Shown here: piece by piece, positions 1 through 9,847 of the stretch
Numbering within the stretch: the first letter of the stretch is position 1
Layout: each line of letters begins with the position of its first letter
Made by a program: the position numbers and the translations under genes
Notes under the pieces: model-generated
What the model was told of the DNA's origin: nothing
Database searches by the model: none
Seen by the model: only the letters and a program-made list of their open reading frames with translations
Origin: Ignavibacteriota bacterium
GTDB taxonomy: Bacteria; Bacteroidota; Ignavibacteria; UBA10030; SZUA-254
NCBI GenBank assembly: GCA_016209795.1
Contig: JACQVI010000141.1
Coordinates: 1-48,609, forward strand
Reading direction: 5' to 3'
DNA: 48,609 nt

Positions 1-474
1 ATGAGACACATCTTTTCATTTTTTATTTTCTCATGTTGCATTTTTCAGTTTGCGCTGCCGCAGGTTCCCACAGATCGTGAGGGCTTGCTTAATGCTGAGG
101 GCATGGGTCAGGCAATGGTCGCTGAAATGAACGGCTATCCAGGACCAAAGCATGTGTTGGAGTTAGCAAAAGAACTCAACCTGACTGATCAGCAAAAGAA
201 ATCTGTTCGTGAAGCGTATGAAGAAATGCGTGCGCGAGCGAGAGAGTTGGGCAAGCGGATCATCGATATTGAACAGGAAATGAACGACGCGTTCAGGAAT
301 GGTTTGGTGAGTGCGAAATCCCTCAGTGATGATGCTGAGCAAATTGGCAGACTCCGTGGGAGGTTACGCGGAGTACATTTGGTTGCACATCTCAGAACGA
401 AGGACATCCTAACGACAAAGCAGCTTGAACTCTATAAGAAATTGAGGAAGACAGAATCGGAAGGAAAACGCTGA
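1..474 (+). CDS. Spy/CpxP-like periplasmic helical protein (heavy-metal sensor/chaperone family)
   Basis: N-terminal signal peptide, AEMNGYPGPKHVLEL segment, and two LTxxQ motifs (LNLTDQQ, ILTTKQL) typical of the Spy/CpxP/ZraP family. Confidence 0.7.
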   Translation: MRHIFSFFIFSCCIFQFALPQVPTDREGLLNAEGMGQAMVAEMNGYPGPKHVLELAKELNLTDQQKKSVREAYEEMRARARELGKRIIDIEQEMNDAFRNGLVSAKSLSDDAEQIGRLRGRLRGVHLVAHLRTKDILTTKQLELYKKLRKTESEGKR

Positions 475-499
475 AGTTAGATTTGCAGTTGATACATCT

Positions 500-2290
500 G
501 TGAAAAAAATTACTTATGACATACTATTGAAAGCCAAGCAAGACGGTTTCTCGGATCGTCAGCTCGCCTATCTCTGGAAGACAGATGAGCTAACGGTTCG
601 CAAGCTACGCAAACAACTTGGTGTCGAGCCGGTATTTAAAACCGTCGATACCTGTGCGGCAGAGTTTGAAGCACATACGCCTTACCATTACTCAACATAC
701 GAGACAGAGAACGAAGTCAACGTTAGTTCTCAAAAGAAAGTGATCATCCTAGGTGGTGGACCAAATCGTATTGGTCAGGGTATCGAGTTTGATTACTGTT
801 GTGTGCATGGTGTCTTTGCCCTGAAGGAAGAAGGATACGAGACGATCATGATCAACTGTAATCCTGAGACTGTCTCAACAGACTACGATCAAACTGACAA
901 GCTGTATTTTGAGCCCCTGACGTTAGAAAATGTCCTTGATATATGTGAAGTGGAAAAACCTGAAGGAGTGATCGTCAGTTTTGGTGGACAGACTCCTTTG
1001 AAGCTTGCGAAGGCTCTTGAAGAGAATGGCGTGAAAATTCTTGGCACTTCTTCTGACAGTATCGACATTGCAGAAGATCGCAAGCGCTTCGGTGATTTAT
1101 TGAAAAAGCTTCATATCCCTCATCCGCAGGATGGCATTTCAAGTTCTCTGGAAGAAGCAAAAGCAGTTGCAGCATCGATAGGCTATCCGGTTCTTATACG
1201 CCCTTCGTATGTGCTTGGTGGTCGAGCAATGGAAATCGTGTACAAGCCAGAAGCACTGGAAGAGTACATGAAAGCCGCCGTTAATGTATCACCTGATCAT
1301 CCAATCCTCATCGACAAATTCTTGGAAGATGCAAAGGAGTTTGATGTCGACGCCGTCTGCGATGGAAAAGACGTGCTCATCGGTGGTGTGTTACAGCATA
1401 TTGAAGAAGCGGGCATTCATTCTGGTGATAGTGCATGCGTGCTGATGTCAGAAGCCGAGAGCGTTCAGGTGGTGGAGCAATTGAAGGATTTCACCCGTAA
1501 GCTCGCACTTGCACTCCGTGTTCGTGGTCTCATCAACGTTCAGTGTGCCGAGAAAAATGGAATTGTCTATGTGCTTGAGGTCAATCCACGTGCATCTCGC
1601 ACAGTGCCGTTTGTGAGCAAAGCAGTTGGTATTCCTCTGGCGAAGATTGCCGCAAAGGTGATGGTCGGTCGAACGCTCAAGGAGCTTGGTGCGCGACTCG
1701 AGGCTCCACTGGAACATATAGCTGTCAAGGAGCCTGTTTTTCCATTTGGGAAATTCCCAAAAGCTAAAGTATTTCTCGGACCTGAAATGCGCTCTACAGG
1801 GGAAGTGATGGCACTTTCAGACACGTATGGAGAAGCCGTTGCCAAAGCACTCATTGGAGCGGGAGGAAATTTACCGACAGAAGGAGGCGTCTTCATTAGC
1901 ATCAATGACAACGACAAAAATTATGATATGGCTGAGGTAGCAAAAGGTCTTGCCAGACTTAATTTCAGAATCTTTGCAACAAGAGGAACCTCGGCTTTTC
2001 TGGAGAGGTACAACATCCACAATACAATGGTTTTTAAGGTAAACGAGGGTGTGCCTAACGTTGTTGATCACATTAAAAACGGTAACATCCAACTTGTCAT
2101 CAATACCCCGCTTGGTGAAGTGTCGCGCTTCGATGAGCTTGCGATTGGAAGTGCTGCGCTTGAAGCCAAACTTCCCATCATCACAACTGTCTCAGCGGCG
2201 GCGGCAGTGGTTAAAGGCATTCAGTGGATGAGAGAGAAACATTCGAGCGTGAAGAGCCTTCAGGAATATCACAATGAAGTATTATCATAA
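500..2290 (+). CDS. carB: Carbamoyl-phosphate synthase large subunit, C-terminal half only (split CarB)
   Basis: GFSDRQLA, FKTVDTCAAEF, GGGPNRIGQGIEFDYCC, HIEEAGIHSGDS, EVNPRASRTVPF, LGPEMRSTGEVM and a C-terminal MGS domain. Only 596 aa, GTG start. Confidence 0.93.
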   Translation: MKKITYDILLKAKQDGFSDRQLAYLWKTDELTVRKLRKQLGVEPVFKTVDTCAAEFEAHTPYHYSTYETENEVNVSSQKKVIILGGGPNRIGQGIEFDYCCVHGVFALKEEGYETIMINCNPETVSTDYDQTDKLYFEPLTLENVLDICEVEKPEGVIVSFGGQTPLKLAKALEENGVKILGTSSDSIDIAEDRKRFGDLLKKLHIPHPQDGISSSLEEAKAVAASIGYPVLIRPSYVLGGRAMEIVYKPEALEEYMKAAVNVSPDHPILIDKFLEDAKEFDVDAVCDGKDVLIGGVLQHIEEAGIHSGDSACVLMSEAESVQVVEQLKDFTRKLALALRVRGLINVQCAEKNGIVYVLEVNPRASRTVPFVSKAVGIPLAKIAAKVMVGRTLKELGARLEAPLEHIAVKEPVFPFGKFPKAKVFLGPEMRSTGEVMALSDTYGEAVAKALIGAGGNLPTEGGVFISINDNDKNYDMAEVAKGLARLNFRIFATRGTSAFLERYNIHNTMVFKVNEGVPNVVDHIKNGNIQLVINTPLGEVSRFDELAIGSAALEAKLPIITTVSAAAAVVKGIQWMREKHSSVKSLQEYHNEVLS

Positions 2291-2345
2291 AAGTAAAATC
2301 GTATCATCTAAATCACTATTTCAAAAACAAACAGGAGATCATTCT

Positions 2346-2906
2346 ATGAAGAAATCTTTGGTGGTGGGGATGTTTATTATTATGTTGTTTTCCCATGCGA
2401 CTTACTCTCAGATGCCAGGTGTAAGCTCACCTGTTAAATTCGATCTTGGGGTAGGTGGAGGTGTGTCGTTACCGACCGGCAAATTAAGTGACGCCTCCAA
2501 GACGGGATACCATGTTGGTGCAAAAATTCGCTTGCATAGTTTCATACCGCTGAGCATTGTCAGCTCAGGATATTATAATCGATTGCCAGAAAAGAATACG
2601 GACAAGACTGATTCGCAGTGGATGCTTGGTGTTGGACTGGAATACCCGATCCCTTCAGTCATGGTCAAACCTTATTTCGGTGCCGATGCGCTTGTGAATA
2701 TTTTTAAGAATGAGGGAACGGGCACATCATCTTATACGCGAGGTGGAGTAGGGCTTGGTGCAGGTGTTGAATTTTCGATTCCTGCGTTTGGGAGTTTTGA
2801 TACCTCATTAAAATATCAAATCTTCAATGTGGTTGGAAAAGAAGACGGAGAAGAAACGTTCTCTCAAATTGCAGCGAGCGTCGCGTTGATGGTTAGCCTG
2901 CTTTAA
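2346..2906 (+). CDS. Outer-membrane beta-barrel protein (OmpA/porin-like)
   Basis: ATG at 2346 follows an AGGAG RBS (the ORF track starts at 2274). Signal peptide, then alternating Gly/aromatic beta-strands (KPYFG, GLGAGVEF). Confidence 0.7.
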   Translation: MKKSLVVGMFIIMLFSHATYSQMPGVSSPVKFDLGVGGGVSLPTGKLSDASKTGYHVGAKIRLHSFIPLSIVSSGYYNRLPEKNTDKTDSQWMLGVGLEYPIPSVMVKPYFGADALVNIFKNEGTGTSSYTRGGVGLGAGVEFSIPAFGSFDTSLKYQIFNVVGKEDGEETFSQIAASVALMVSLL

Positions 2907-2912
2907 ATGTGT

Positions 2913-2966
2913 GCCAAGATGCGACGCACTTATCGATGAAGTGACGATGCGAAGTGCGTCGCACAT
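2913..2966 (+). repeat. REP-like palindromic element, family A, copy 1
   Basis: Perfect 12-bp inverted repeat TGCGACGCACTT (2920-2931) / AAGTGCGTCGCA (2952-2963); related copy at 7891-7945. Confidence 0.75.
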
Positions 2967-2977
2967 TGAAGTAAAGT

Positions 2978-5842
2978 ATGCTAAAGACAAAGCGTCAAAA
3001 ATCGGTTGACGAACAGACTGTCAAACCTATAATTCCTGCTACTCGTCGGAATCACTCCAACATCATCATCCGTGGTGCCCGTGTCCACAACCTCAAAAAC
3101 ATTTCACTTGAACTTCCAAGGAATAAGCTCATCGTCTTCACTGGCGTCAGCGGTTCGGGGAAGTCAAGCCTCGCTTTCGACACCATCTACGCAGAAGGGC
3201 AGCGCAGGTTTGTTGAGAGTCTTTCAGCCTATGCACGCCAATTCCTCGAGCGCATGGATAAGCCCGACGTCGATTTTATTCAGGGCATTAGTCCAGCGAT
3301 TGCTATTGAACAGAAGACCATGTCGCGGAATCCACGCTCCACTGTAGGCACGACAACAGAAATTTATGATTACCTCCGACTTCTCTTTGCTCGAATTGGA
3401 AAAACGTATTGCTATAAATGTGGGCAGCTCGTGCAGAGAGATTCCGTGAGGACAGTGTTGGAGAAGCTGAGAGCAGAGAGTCAAGAACATAGAGAACTCA
3501 AATTATATATCCTCTTCCCGCTCCATGAGCATAAGGATGCAACGCTTTTGCAAGAATTGGAAAATCTGAAGAAACAGGGATTTTTCCGTGTGCTTTACAA
3601 GAATGAATTGATCGATCTCAACGAGCGATCTATCAACTCAAAAGCAAAGAAGAGGGATATTCTTGTCCTTGTTGATCGTTTAATGTTCCGCAACGATACA
3701 GAGGACACACGGTGGGTGGATTCGATTGAAATGGCGTTCAAAGCTGGAGATGGGTATGCAATCATTAAGCTATTAGATGTAGAGAAAGAATTACACTTCA
3801 ATCAGCATTACGAGTGTTCAAGGTGCAACATACGCTATGAAGAGCCCGATCCACGACTGTTTACGTTCAACAACCCCTACGGTGCCTGTCCGAAATGTCA
3901 AGGCTTTGGTCGTGCCGTTGGTATCGATATGGATCTTGTCGTGCCGAATAAAGACTTATCGATTCGTGATGGGGCAATTCACCCATGGACGACACCGAAG
4001 TGGCATCACAATCTGCGAAATCTGTTGCGCATTGCCTATGATGCAAAGCTTCGGGTTGACATGCCATTCAAGGATTTGACTCGAAGAGAACTTGATATTG
4101 TGTTGAATGGATACGATGGCTATGAAGGCATTTATGATTTCTTCAAGCAGATCGAGCGCAAGACATACAAAATTTACTACCGAATCTTTTTAAGCCGCTA
4201 CCGTGGTTACACCACGTGCGATGCCTGTCATGCTGCACGTCTCAGACCAGAGGCACTCTACATCAAAATTGATGGTAAGACAATTCACGATGTTGTCCAG
4301 ATGACCATCGAAGAAGCTCACACATTTTTTAACAAGCTTGAGCTGTCTTCATATGAACTAGAAGTTGCCAGAAGAATCTTGGAAGAACTCCGCAGGAGAT
4401 TGAAATACCTTGTTGATGTAGGCATCGGTTATCTCACGCTTGATCGATTGTCGAACACATTGTCAGGTGGAGAATCACAGCGAATCAACCTCGCCACAGC
4501 CCTTGGCTCGTCGTTAGTCGGATCGCTCTATGTGTTGGATGAGCCGAGCATCGGACTTCATCCAAGAGATAATAACAAGCTGATCTCTATTCTGAAATCA
4601 CTGCGAGATGTGGGCAACACAGTTCTCGTCGTCGAGCATGATGCTGATATGATTAAATCCGCCGATGTGATAGTCGATCTTGGTCCGCGAGCTGGAGAAT
4701 TTGGTGGTGAAGTCGTTTTCCAAGGAGAGTATCAGACTCTTCTGAAGGATAAGCAATCGCTTACAGGACAATATCTTGGCGGGGAGTTCTCCATCCCCGT
4801 TCCTGCAAAACGCCGCAAAGGAAGTGGAAAAGGAATCACCGTTCGTGGAGCAGCAGAGCATAATCTTAAGTCTATAGACATCACAATGCCACTGAACATG
4901 TTCGTTGCTGTTACGGGTGTCAGTGGCTCAGGAAAAAGCACGCTTGTCCATGAGGTTCTGTATGCTGGCTTAAAGAAGTTAAAAGGACAACAGAGTAATG
5001 CGGTGGGTAAGCACAGGGCAATTGAAGGAATGGAGTTGATCGATGACGTTGAGCTTGTTGATCAATCGCCGATAGGCAGAACACCACGCTCTAATCCTGC
5101 AACCTACATCAAGGTGTTCGACTTGATCCGTGAGCTGTTCGCTCAGACTCAAGCAGCAAAGATCCACGGGTACACACCGGGATACTTTTCGTTCAACGTT
5201 CCTGGCGGACGATGTGAAGGGTGTGAAGGAAGTGGTGTTCAAACCATTGAGATGCAATTTCTTGCCGATATAGAGCTTACCTGCGAGGTTTGTAAAGGGA
5301 AACGCTTTAAGAGAGAGGTATTAGAGATACGCTACAGAGATAAAAACATTGATGAGATCCTCAACATGACGGTGAACGAGGCAATGCAATTCTTCAATGC
5401 CCACGCAAGCGGTCGAAAAGTTGCCAAGCGGTTGAAGGTGCTAGATGATGTTGGCATGGGATACATTCGTCTTGGGCAGTCGGCCACAACGCTTTCTGGT
5501 GGTGAAGCGCAGCGAGTGAAGCTTGCCGCACACCTTGCGAATCAAGAGGAAGGTAAACACACGCTGTTTATCTTCGATGAACCGACAACAGGACTTCACT
5601 TCGATGACATCGCTAAGTTGCTCAACGCCTTCAATGCACTCATCGAGAAGGGTAACTCTATTCTCATCATTGAGCATAACATGGATGTCATTAAGTGTGC
5701 GGATTGGATTGTTGATTTAGGTCCTGAGGCAGGTGATAAAGGAGGAGATGTAGTCGCAGTTGGAACACCGGAGGATGTGATCAGGGTTGAGAAGTCGTAT
5801 ACGGGCAAGTTCCTGAGGAACTATTTGCTGGTTCGAGGTTAG
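2978..5842 (+). CDS. uvrA: Excinuclease ABC subunit UvrA
   Basis: GARVHNLK, two Walker A motifs (GVSGSGKS), LSGGE signatures, CxxC zinc fingers, [17 protein letters not shown]. Confidence 0.97.
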   Translation: MLKTKRQKSVDEQTVKPIIPATRRNHSNIIIRGARVHNLKNISLELPRNKLIVFTGVSGSGKSSLAFDTIYAEGQRRFVESLSAYARQFLERMDKPDVDFIQGISPAIAIEQKTMSRNPRSTVGTTTEIYDYLRLLFARIGKTYCYKCGQLVQRDSVRTVLEKLRAESQEHRELKLYILFPLHEHKDATLLQELENLKKQGFFRVLYKNELIDLNERSINSKAKKRDILVLVDRLMFRNDTEDTRWVDSIEMAFKAGDGYAIIKLLDVEKELHFNQHYECSRCNIRYEEPDPRLFTFNNPYGACPKCQGFGRAVGIDMDLVVPNKDLSIRDGAIHPWTTPKWHHNLRNLLRIAYDAKLRVDMPFKDLTRRELDIVLNGYDGYEGIYDFFKQIERKTYKIYYRIFLSRYRGYTTCDACHAARLRPEALYIKIDGKTIHDVVQMTIEEAHTFFNKLELSSYELEVARRILEELRRRLKYLVDVGIGYLTLDRLSNTLSGGESQRINLATALGSSLVGSLYVLDEPSIGLHPRDNNKLISILKSLRDVGNTVLVVEHDADMIKSADVIVDLGPRAGEFGGEVVFQGEYQTLLKDKQSLTGQYLGGEFSIPVPAKRRKGSGKGITVRGAAEHNLKSIDITMPLNMFVAVTGVSGSGKSTLVHEVLYAGLKKLKGQQSNAVGKHRAIEGMELIDDVELVDQSPIGRTPRSNPATYIKVFDLIRELFAQTQAAKIHGYTPGYFSFNVPGGRCEGCEGSGVQTIEMQFLADIELTCEVCKGKRFKREVLEIRYRDKNIDEILNMTVNEAMQFFNAHASGRKVAKRLKVLDDVGMGYIRLGQSATTLSGGEAQRVKLAAHLANQEEGKHTLFIFDEPTTGLHFDDIAKLLNAFNALIEKGNSILIIEHNMDVIKCADWIVDLGPEAGDKGGDVVAVGTPEDVIRVEKSYTGKFLRNYLLVRG

Positions 5843-5843
5843 G

Positions 5844-5903
5844 GGTTCGGAAAATGAGATTTCAAGTCATGTGTATGTCATACTGAATCTCAAAACTCGA
5901 ACC
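5844..5903. terminator. Imperfect long hairpin between convergent genes
   Basis: GGTTCG..TGAGATTTCA / TGAATCTCA..CGAACC inverted repeat between the uvrA stop and the stop of the opposing gene. Confidence 0.4.
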
Positions 5904-5915
5904 ACTAAGCTCTTC

Positions 5916-6632
5916 TCACCACGAGCTACCAAAGTTCACCGTGATATAAAATCCACCGAATTGCTTCTTATAACTATCCCTTAAACTTTCGATACCCGCA
6001 GGATACGGAACGAAATAGTAACGGAGATTTAGTCCGAGGAGGCTCGCCCGCTCAGAACCGAAGAAAGCACCGATACCCACGTAGCCGCCAAATGTATATT
6101 CTGGATGTCCGCGTCCAAGGGCTTTGAAGTACTCTTCGTTGTAAGGAAAAACATAAATCAAAGTTGGTCCGGCTGCAGCATTAAGGTAAGGGCGAAAGTT
6201 GTCCATAATATCATCCTTGAACAGCCTTCTCTGGACGCCTACATACAAGGGCATCACAAGGAAGCGGTTAACCTTGCCCGGCGTAAAGCTCACACCGAAG
6301 ATGTTGACGTAATCTTTTTCATCTTCATCCTTCGATTCAGAGATTGAAAAATCGATGAAGCCCGAGAGATGATCAGAATACTCGTGCCGATAGAACGTTC
6401 CTAATCCGAAGCCACCATTAGAAACGAGCAAATCCACACCCCATGAATTTCTTGGAGACTTAACCTCTATTGGTGGCAATGGTTGGGTGATCGTCCCAAA
6501 AACCATCGTTGAGTCGTTTCTCGATGAGTTTTGTTCTTGTGAATTCAGAGACGACAAAGCAACACATAGGCTTATGAGAATTACGGATAACCTACGACGC
6601 ACCACAACACCTACACCCTTAGGATCTGACAC
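5916..6632 (-). CDS. Outer-membrane beta-barrel hypothetical protein
   Basis: Signal-peptide-like N-terminus (true start probably a downstream GTG near VRRRLS), amphipathic beta-strands, C-terminal aromatic residue (FGSSW). Confidence 0.65.
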   Translation of the reverse strand: MSDPKGVGVVVRRRLSVILISLCVALSSLNSQEQNSSRNDSTMVFGTITQPLPPIEVKSPRNSWGVDLLVSNGGFGLGTFYRHEYSDHLSGFIDFSISESKDEDEKDYVNIFGVSFTPGKVNRFLVMPLYVGVQRRLFKDDIMDNFRPYLNAAAGPTLIYVFPYNEEYFKALGRGHPEYTFGGYVGIGAFFGSERASLLGLNLRYYFVPYPAGIESLRDSYKKQFGGFYITVNFGSSW

Positions 6633-6677
6633 AGTTTCTTCTTCAATATAACTCCGATTCTTGACAAAGGCAACTCT

Positions 6678-6706
6678 TTAGTGAGTTATACATTAGTGAG
6701 TTATAC
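6678..6706. repeat. 14-bp perfect direct repeat
   Basis: TTAGTGAGTTATAC at 6678-6691 and 6693-6706. Confidence 0.85.
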
Positions 6707-6708
6707 GG

Positions 6709-7881
6709 CTACTCTACCCAAAAGATGCCGAATTTTAGATATTTGGTTTCTGGCATTGCAGGAAGTGTTGGGTGATCTGGTGCAGCACCGTGCCACTCTA
6801 AAAGGCTTATATTCCTTCCAGCATCTCGGGCAGTCTCATTGATAAGAGAGAGAAACGTCTCTTCAGTGATGTGATACGAACAGGAAGCAGTTGCAAGAAT
6901 TCCTTCAGGTTTCAACAAACGAAAAGCATGAGTGTGAATGTCTTTGTAACCTCGCTTTGCCTTCCGAACCGTTTTCTTACTTTTAGTGAATGACGGTGGA
7001 TCAAGATTGATAACATCAAATTGCCGGTTATTGCTGACAGCTTCGGTGAGAAACGTAAAGACATCAGCAGGGACGAATTGGAGACGTGAATCAAGGTTAT
7101 TCAACTTCGTGTTGGAGATAGCTCGCTGAATGGCTGGTTCAGAAATATCGATGCCTGTAACGTGCGATGCTTCTGCGTATGCTGCATTGAGTGCAAATCC
7201 CCCATCGTTACAAAAACAATCGAGCACATTCATGCCTTTCGCATAGCGCTGAAATGCTTTCCGGTTTTCGCGCTGGTCTAAGAAAAATCCTGTCTTCTGC
7301 CCTTCCAGTAAATCAATAGAGTACTTAATATCGTACTCCGAGATTGTGACGGTATCGATCGAGCCTCGAAGTATCCCTTTCCGCTGCTCTAACCCTTCGA
7401 GTGATCGAACAGGTGTTTCGTTTCGCTCGACGATGCCCTTTGGATGGAATAGTGATTCAATGACGTCGCAGATAAGTGTCAACCGTTTATCCATTCCTAC
7501 AGAAAACGTTTGAACAGAGAGATATTCGTTATACTTGTCCACAATAAGCCCGGGGAGAAAATCCGATTCCCCATGGATCAAACGGAAAGTCTCTGAATCT
7601 GGATAGATAGTTTTGCGCAAGGCAAAAGCTGTTTCTATCCTTTTTTTGAAGAACTGAAAATCGATTTCTTCACGTTGACGCGTTAGAAGACGAACGCTGA
7701 TGAGCGAATGCGGGTTGAATAGTCCGATGCCCAGAAATTCTCCAGCGTGATTGCGAAGCTCAACAATATCCCCCATCTGTGGATCACCTTGAATCTCCTG
7801 AATCTCATTACTAAATGCCCAGAGGTGACCGCTGGCAATGCGCTTGTCTTCGTTTTTTTTGAGTGTGATTGTTTTGTTCAA
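6709..7881 (-). CDS. rlmI: RlmI/RlmK-family SAM-dependent 23S rRNA methyltransferase
   Basis: N-terminal PUA-like domain (GHLWAFSNEI), HGESDFLPGLIVD, GQKTGFFLDQRENR, LDPPSF, SCS; TTG start. Confidence 0.85.
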   Translation of the reverse strand: MNKTITLKKNEDKRIASGHLWAFSNEIQEIQGDPQMGDIVELRNHAGEFLGIGLFNPHSLISVRLLTRQREEIDFQFFKKRIETAFALRKTIYPDSETFRLIHGESDFLPGLIVDKYNEYLSVQTFSVGMDKRLTLICDVIESLFHPKGIVERNETPVRSLEGLEQRKGILRGSIDTVTISEYDIKYSIDLLEGQKTGFFLDQRENRKAFQRYAKGMNVLDCFCNDGGFALNAAYAEASHVTGIDISEPAIQRAISNTKLNNLDSRLQFVPADVFTFLTEAVSNNRQFDVINLDPPSFTKSKKTVRKAKRGYKDIHTHAFRLLKPEGILATASCSYHITEETFLSLINETARDAGRNISLLEWHGAAPDHPTLPAMPETKYLKFGIFWVE

Positions 7882-7890
7882 GGTAATATG

Positions 7891-7945
7891 ATATGCAACG
7901 CACTTCCGGCGCTGTTCATTCGGAACAAGGTGCGTCGCACTTGGC
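7891..7945 (-). repeat. REP-like palindromic element, family A, copy 2
   Basis: Minus strand reads GCCAAGTGCGACGCACC...GAAGTGCGTTGCATAT, matching both arms of the 2913-2966 element. Confidence 0.75.
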
Positions 7946-7946
7946 G

Positions 7947-9005
7947 TTAGGCTACTGTAACCTCTTTACAGAGATACACATCCTGAATTGCGTTGAGAAT
8001 CTTAATCCCCTCCTCCATTGGCTTTTGGAATGCCTTGCGACCGGAGATCAGTCCCATGCCTCCCGCACGTTTGTTAATCACTGCTGTTCGAACCGCCTCT
8101 GCCATATCTGAAGCGCCTTTGGATTCACCACCAGAATTGATCAAGCCAGCTCTTCCCACGTAAGAATTTGCAACCTGATACCGGCAGAGGTCAATCGGGT
8201 GATCGCTTGTGAGATCGGTGTAAACTTTCTTGTGTGTACGGCCGAACTTTAATGCTTCAAAGCCGGCATTATTCTCCGGCAGTTTCTGCTTCACAATGTC
8301 AGCTTCGAGGGTAACACCAAGATGGTTTGCTTGTCCGGTGAGATCGGCGGCGAGGTGATAATCTTTTTCTGGAGTTTTGAACGCGGCATTGCGCAAATAA
8401 CACCAGCAAACCGTTGCCATGCCAAGTTCATGTGCTTGTTGAAACACAAGTCCAATTTCCTGGATTTGTCGTTTGGATTCCGCCGACCCGAAGTAGATCG
8501 TTGCACCCACAGCAACAGCGCCCATGTCGAATGCTTGCTTCACTCGTGCGAAGATGATTTGATCGTACGTATTAGGGTACGAGAGGAATTCATTGTGATT
8601 GAGTTTCAGGATAAAAGGAATTTTGTGTGAGTACTTCCGTGCAACAGAGCCAAGCACACCAAGCGTTGATGCAACCGCATTGCATCCACCCTCAATGGCA
8701 AGCTTTACAATATTTTCAGGATCAAAGTAGAATGGGTTCGGTGCAAACGAAGCACCGGCTGAATGTTCAATGCCCTGATCGACTGGCAAGATCGAAAGAT
8801 ACCCTGTATGTTTCAGTCGACCCTGATGAATCATCCAGTTCAGGCTTTTCAACACGGGTGCGGGACGGTCGGACAGTCCGTACATCCGATCTACCCACTC
8901 GGGTCCGGGAAGCTGGAGCGAATCCTTCGGAATTCCCTTACATTTGTACTCAAGCAAATTTTTTGCATCAGTGCCTAAGCATTGTGCGATGTTGTCGATG
9001 GTCAT
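7947..9005 (-). CDS. fbaB: Class I fructose-bisphosphate aldolase (DhnA/FbaB type)
   Basis: [37 protein letters not shown] (Schiff-base Lys), [10 protein letters not shown]. Confidence 0.95.
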   Translation of the reverse strand: MTIDNIAQCLGTDAKNLLEYKCKGIPKDSLQLPGPEWVDRMYGLSDRPAPVLKSLNWMIHQGRLKHTGYLSILPVDQGIEHSAGASFAPNPFYFDPENIVKLAIEGGCNAVASTLGVLGSVARKYSHKIPFILKLNHNEFLSYPNTYDQIIFARVKQAFDMGAVAVGATIYFGSAESKRQIQEIGLVFQQAHELGMATVCWCYLRNAAFKTPEKDYHLAADLTGQANHLGVTLEADIVKQKLPENNAGFEALKFGRTHKKVYTDLTSDHPIDLCRYQVANSYVGRAGLINSGGESKGASDMAEAVRTAVINKRAGGMGLISGRKAFQKPMEEGIKILNAIQDVYLCKEVTVA

Positions 9006-9071
9006 GATTTTACCTTACGAGAATTGTTAATAGCATTTTATGCTTGATGAGGTGAACTTTCTTTATATGCA

Positions 9072-9100
9072 AATATATAGAAAATAATCTAAATCTACAA
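9072..9100 (-). promoter_or_regulatory. Putative sigma70-type promoter for fbaB
   Basis: Minus strand TTGTAG-17 bp-TATATT(TG). Confidence 0.4.
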
Positions 9101-9124
9101 TCCCTAATCCGAAATCTAAAATCC
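9085..9124. repeat. Degenerate heptamer tandem array
   Basis: aatctaa atctaca atcccta atccgaa atctaaa atcc. Confidence 0.65.
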
Positions 9125-9131
9125 TTCTCCT

Positions 9132-9160
9132 TTGTAACTCCCTCCATTTTTTGGTATATT
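9132..9160 (+). promoter_or_regulatory. Putative sigma70-type promoter for the HAD operon
   Basis: TTGTAA-17 bp-TATATT ending 9 nt before the ATG at 9170. Confidence 0.45.
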
Positions 9161-9169
9161 TTTGATACT

Positions 9170-9847
9170 ATGAAACGTTTTTCTTGTATCATCTTCGACC
9201 TCGACGGCACCCTCGCCCAAACCAATGAGTTGATTTTTTCAACGTTCAACCATGTTGCTAAGAAGTACGCGGGTAAGGTATTTACTCCGAGTGAAATCAC
9301 CGCAATGTTTGGTCCCCCTGAAGAAGTTGCCATTGAAAAGCTTGTCGGTGCTGAGCGTGCTGATGAAGCCATGGATGAGTTTTACACTTTTTACGAGGCT
9401 CATCATCCCCGGCTGGCTGATGCATATCAGGGAATACGAGAGATTCTTGACTTCCTCAAGCAGCGAGGGATTCTGTTAGCAGTCTTTACGGGTAAAGGAA
9501 GTCGGACAGCGTTGATCACTCTGGAAAAGATTGGACTTAAAGATTATTTCGATATTATTATTACCGGTCATGATGTGAGCAGTCACAAACCATCGTCTGA
9601 AGGAATACAAAAAGTGATGAAGAGATTCCGTCTGCGACCGCATGAAGTCTTAATGGTCGGCGATTCAGTGGCTGATGTGAAGGCAGCACATGAGGCTGGC
9701 GTTCCCATCGCTGCCGTGCTGTGGGATTCCTACAGCAAAGATAAGGTGCTGCAGATGGATGTTGACTTCCGCTTTCACAGCGTGATGGAGTTTTCTGATT
9801 GGATACGAACAGCCATCTCAACCATAGAGAGTAATCCTATTGAGTAA
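9170..9847 (+). CDS. HAD-superfamily hydrolase (PpaX/phosphoglycolate phosphatase-like)
   Basis: FDLDGTL motif I, VFTGK motif II, HKP, MVGDSVAD motif IV. Confidence 0.9.
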   Translation: MKRFSCIIFDLDGTLAQTNELIFSTFNHVAKKYAGKVFTPSEITAMFGPPEEVAIEKLVGAERADEAMDEFYTFYEAHHPRLADAYQGIREILDFLKQRGILLAVFTGKGSRTALITLEKIGLKDYFDIIITGHDVSSHKPSSEGIQKVMKRFRLRPHEVLMVGDSVADVKAAHEAGVPIAAVLWDSYSKDKVLQMDVDFRFHSVMEFSDWIRTAISTIESNPIE

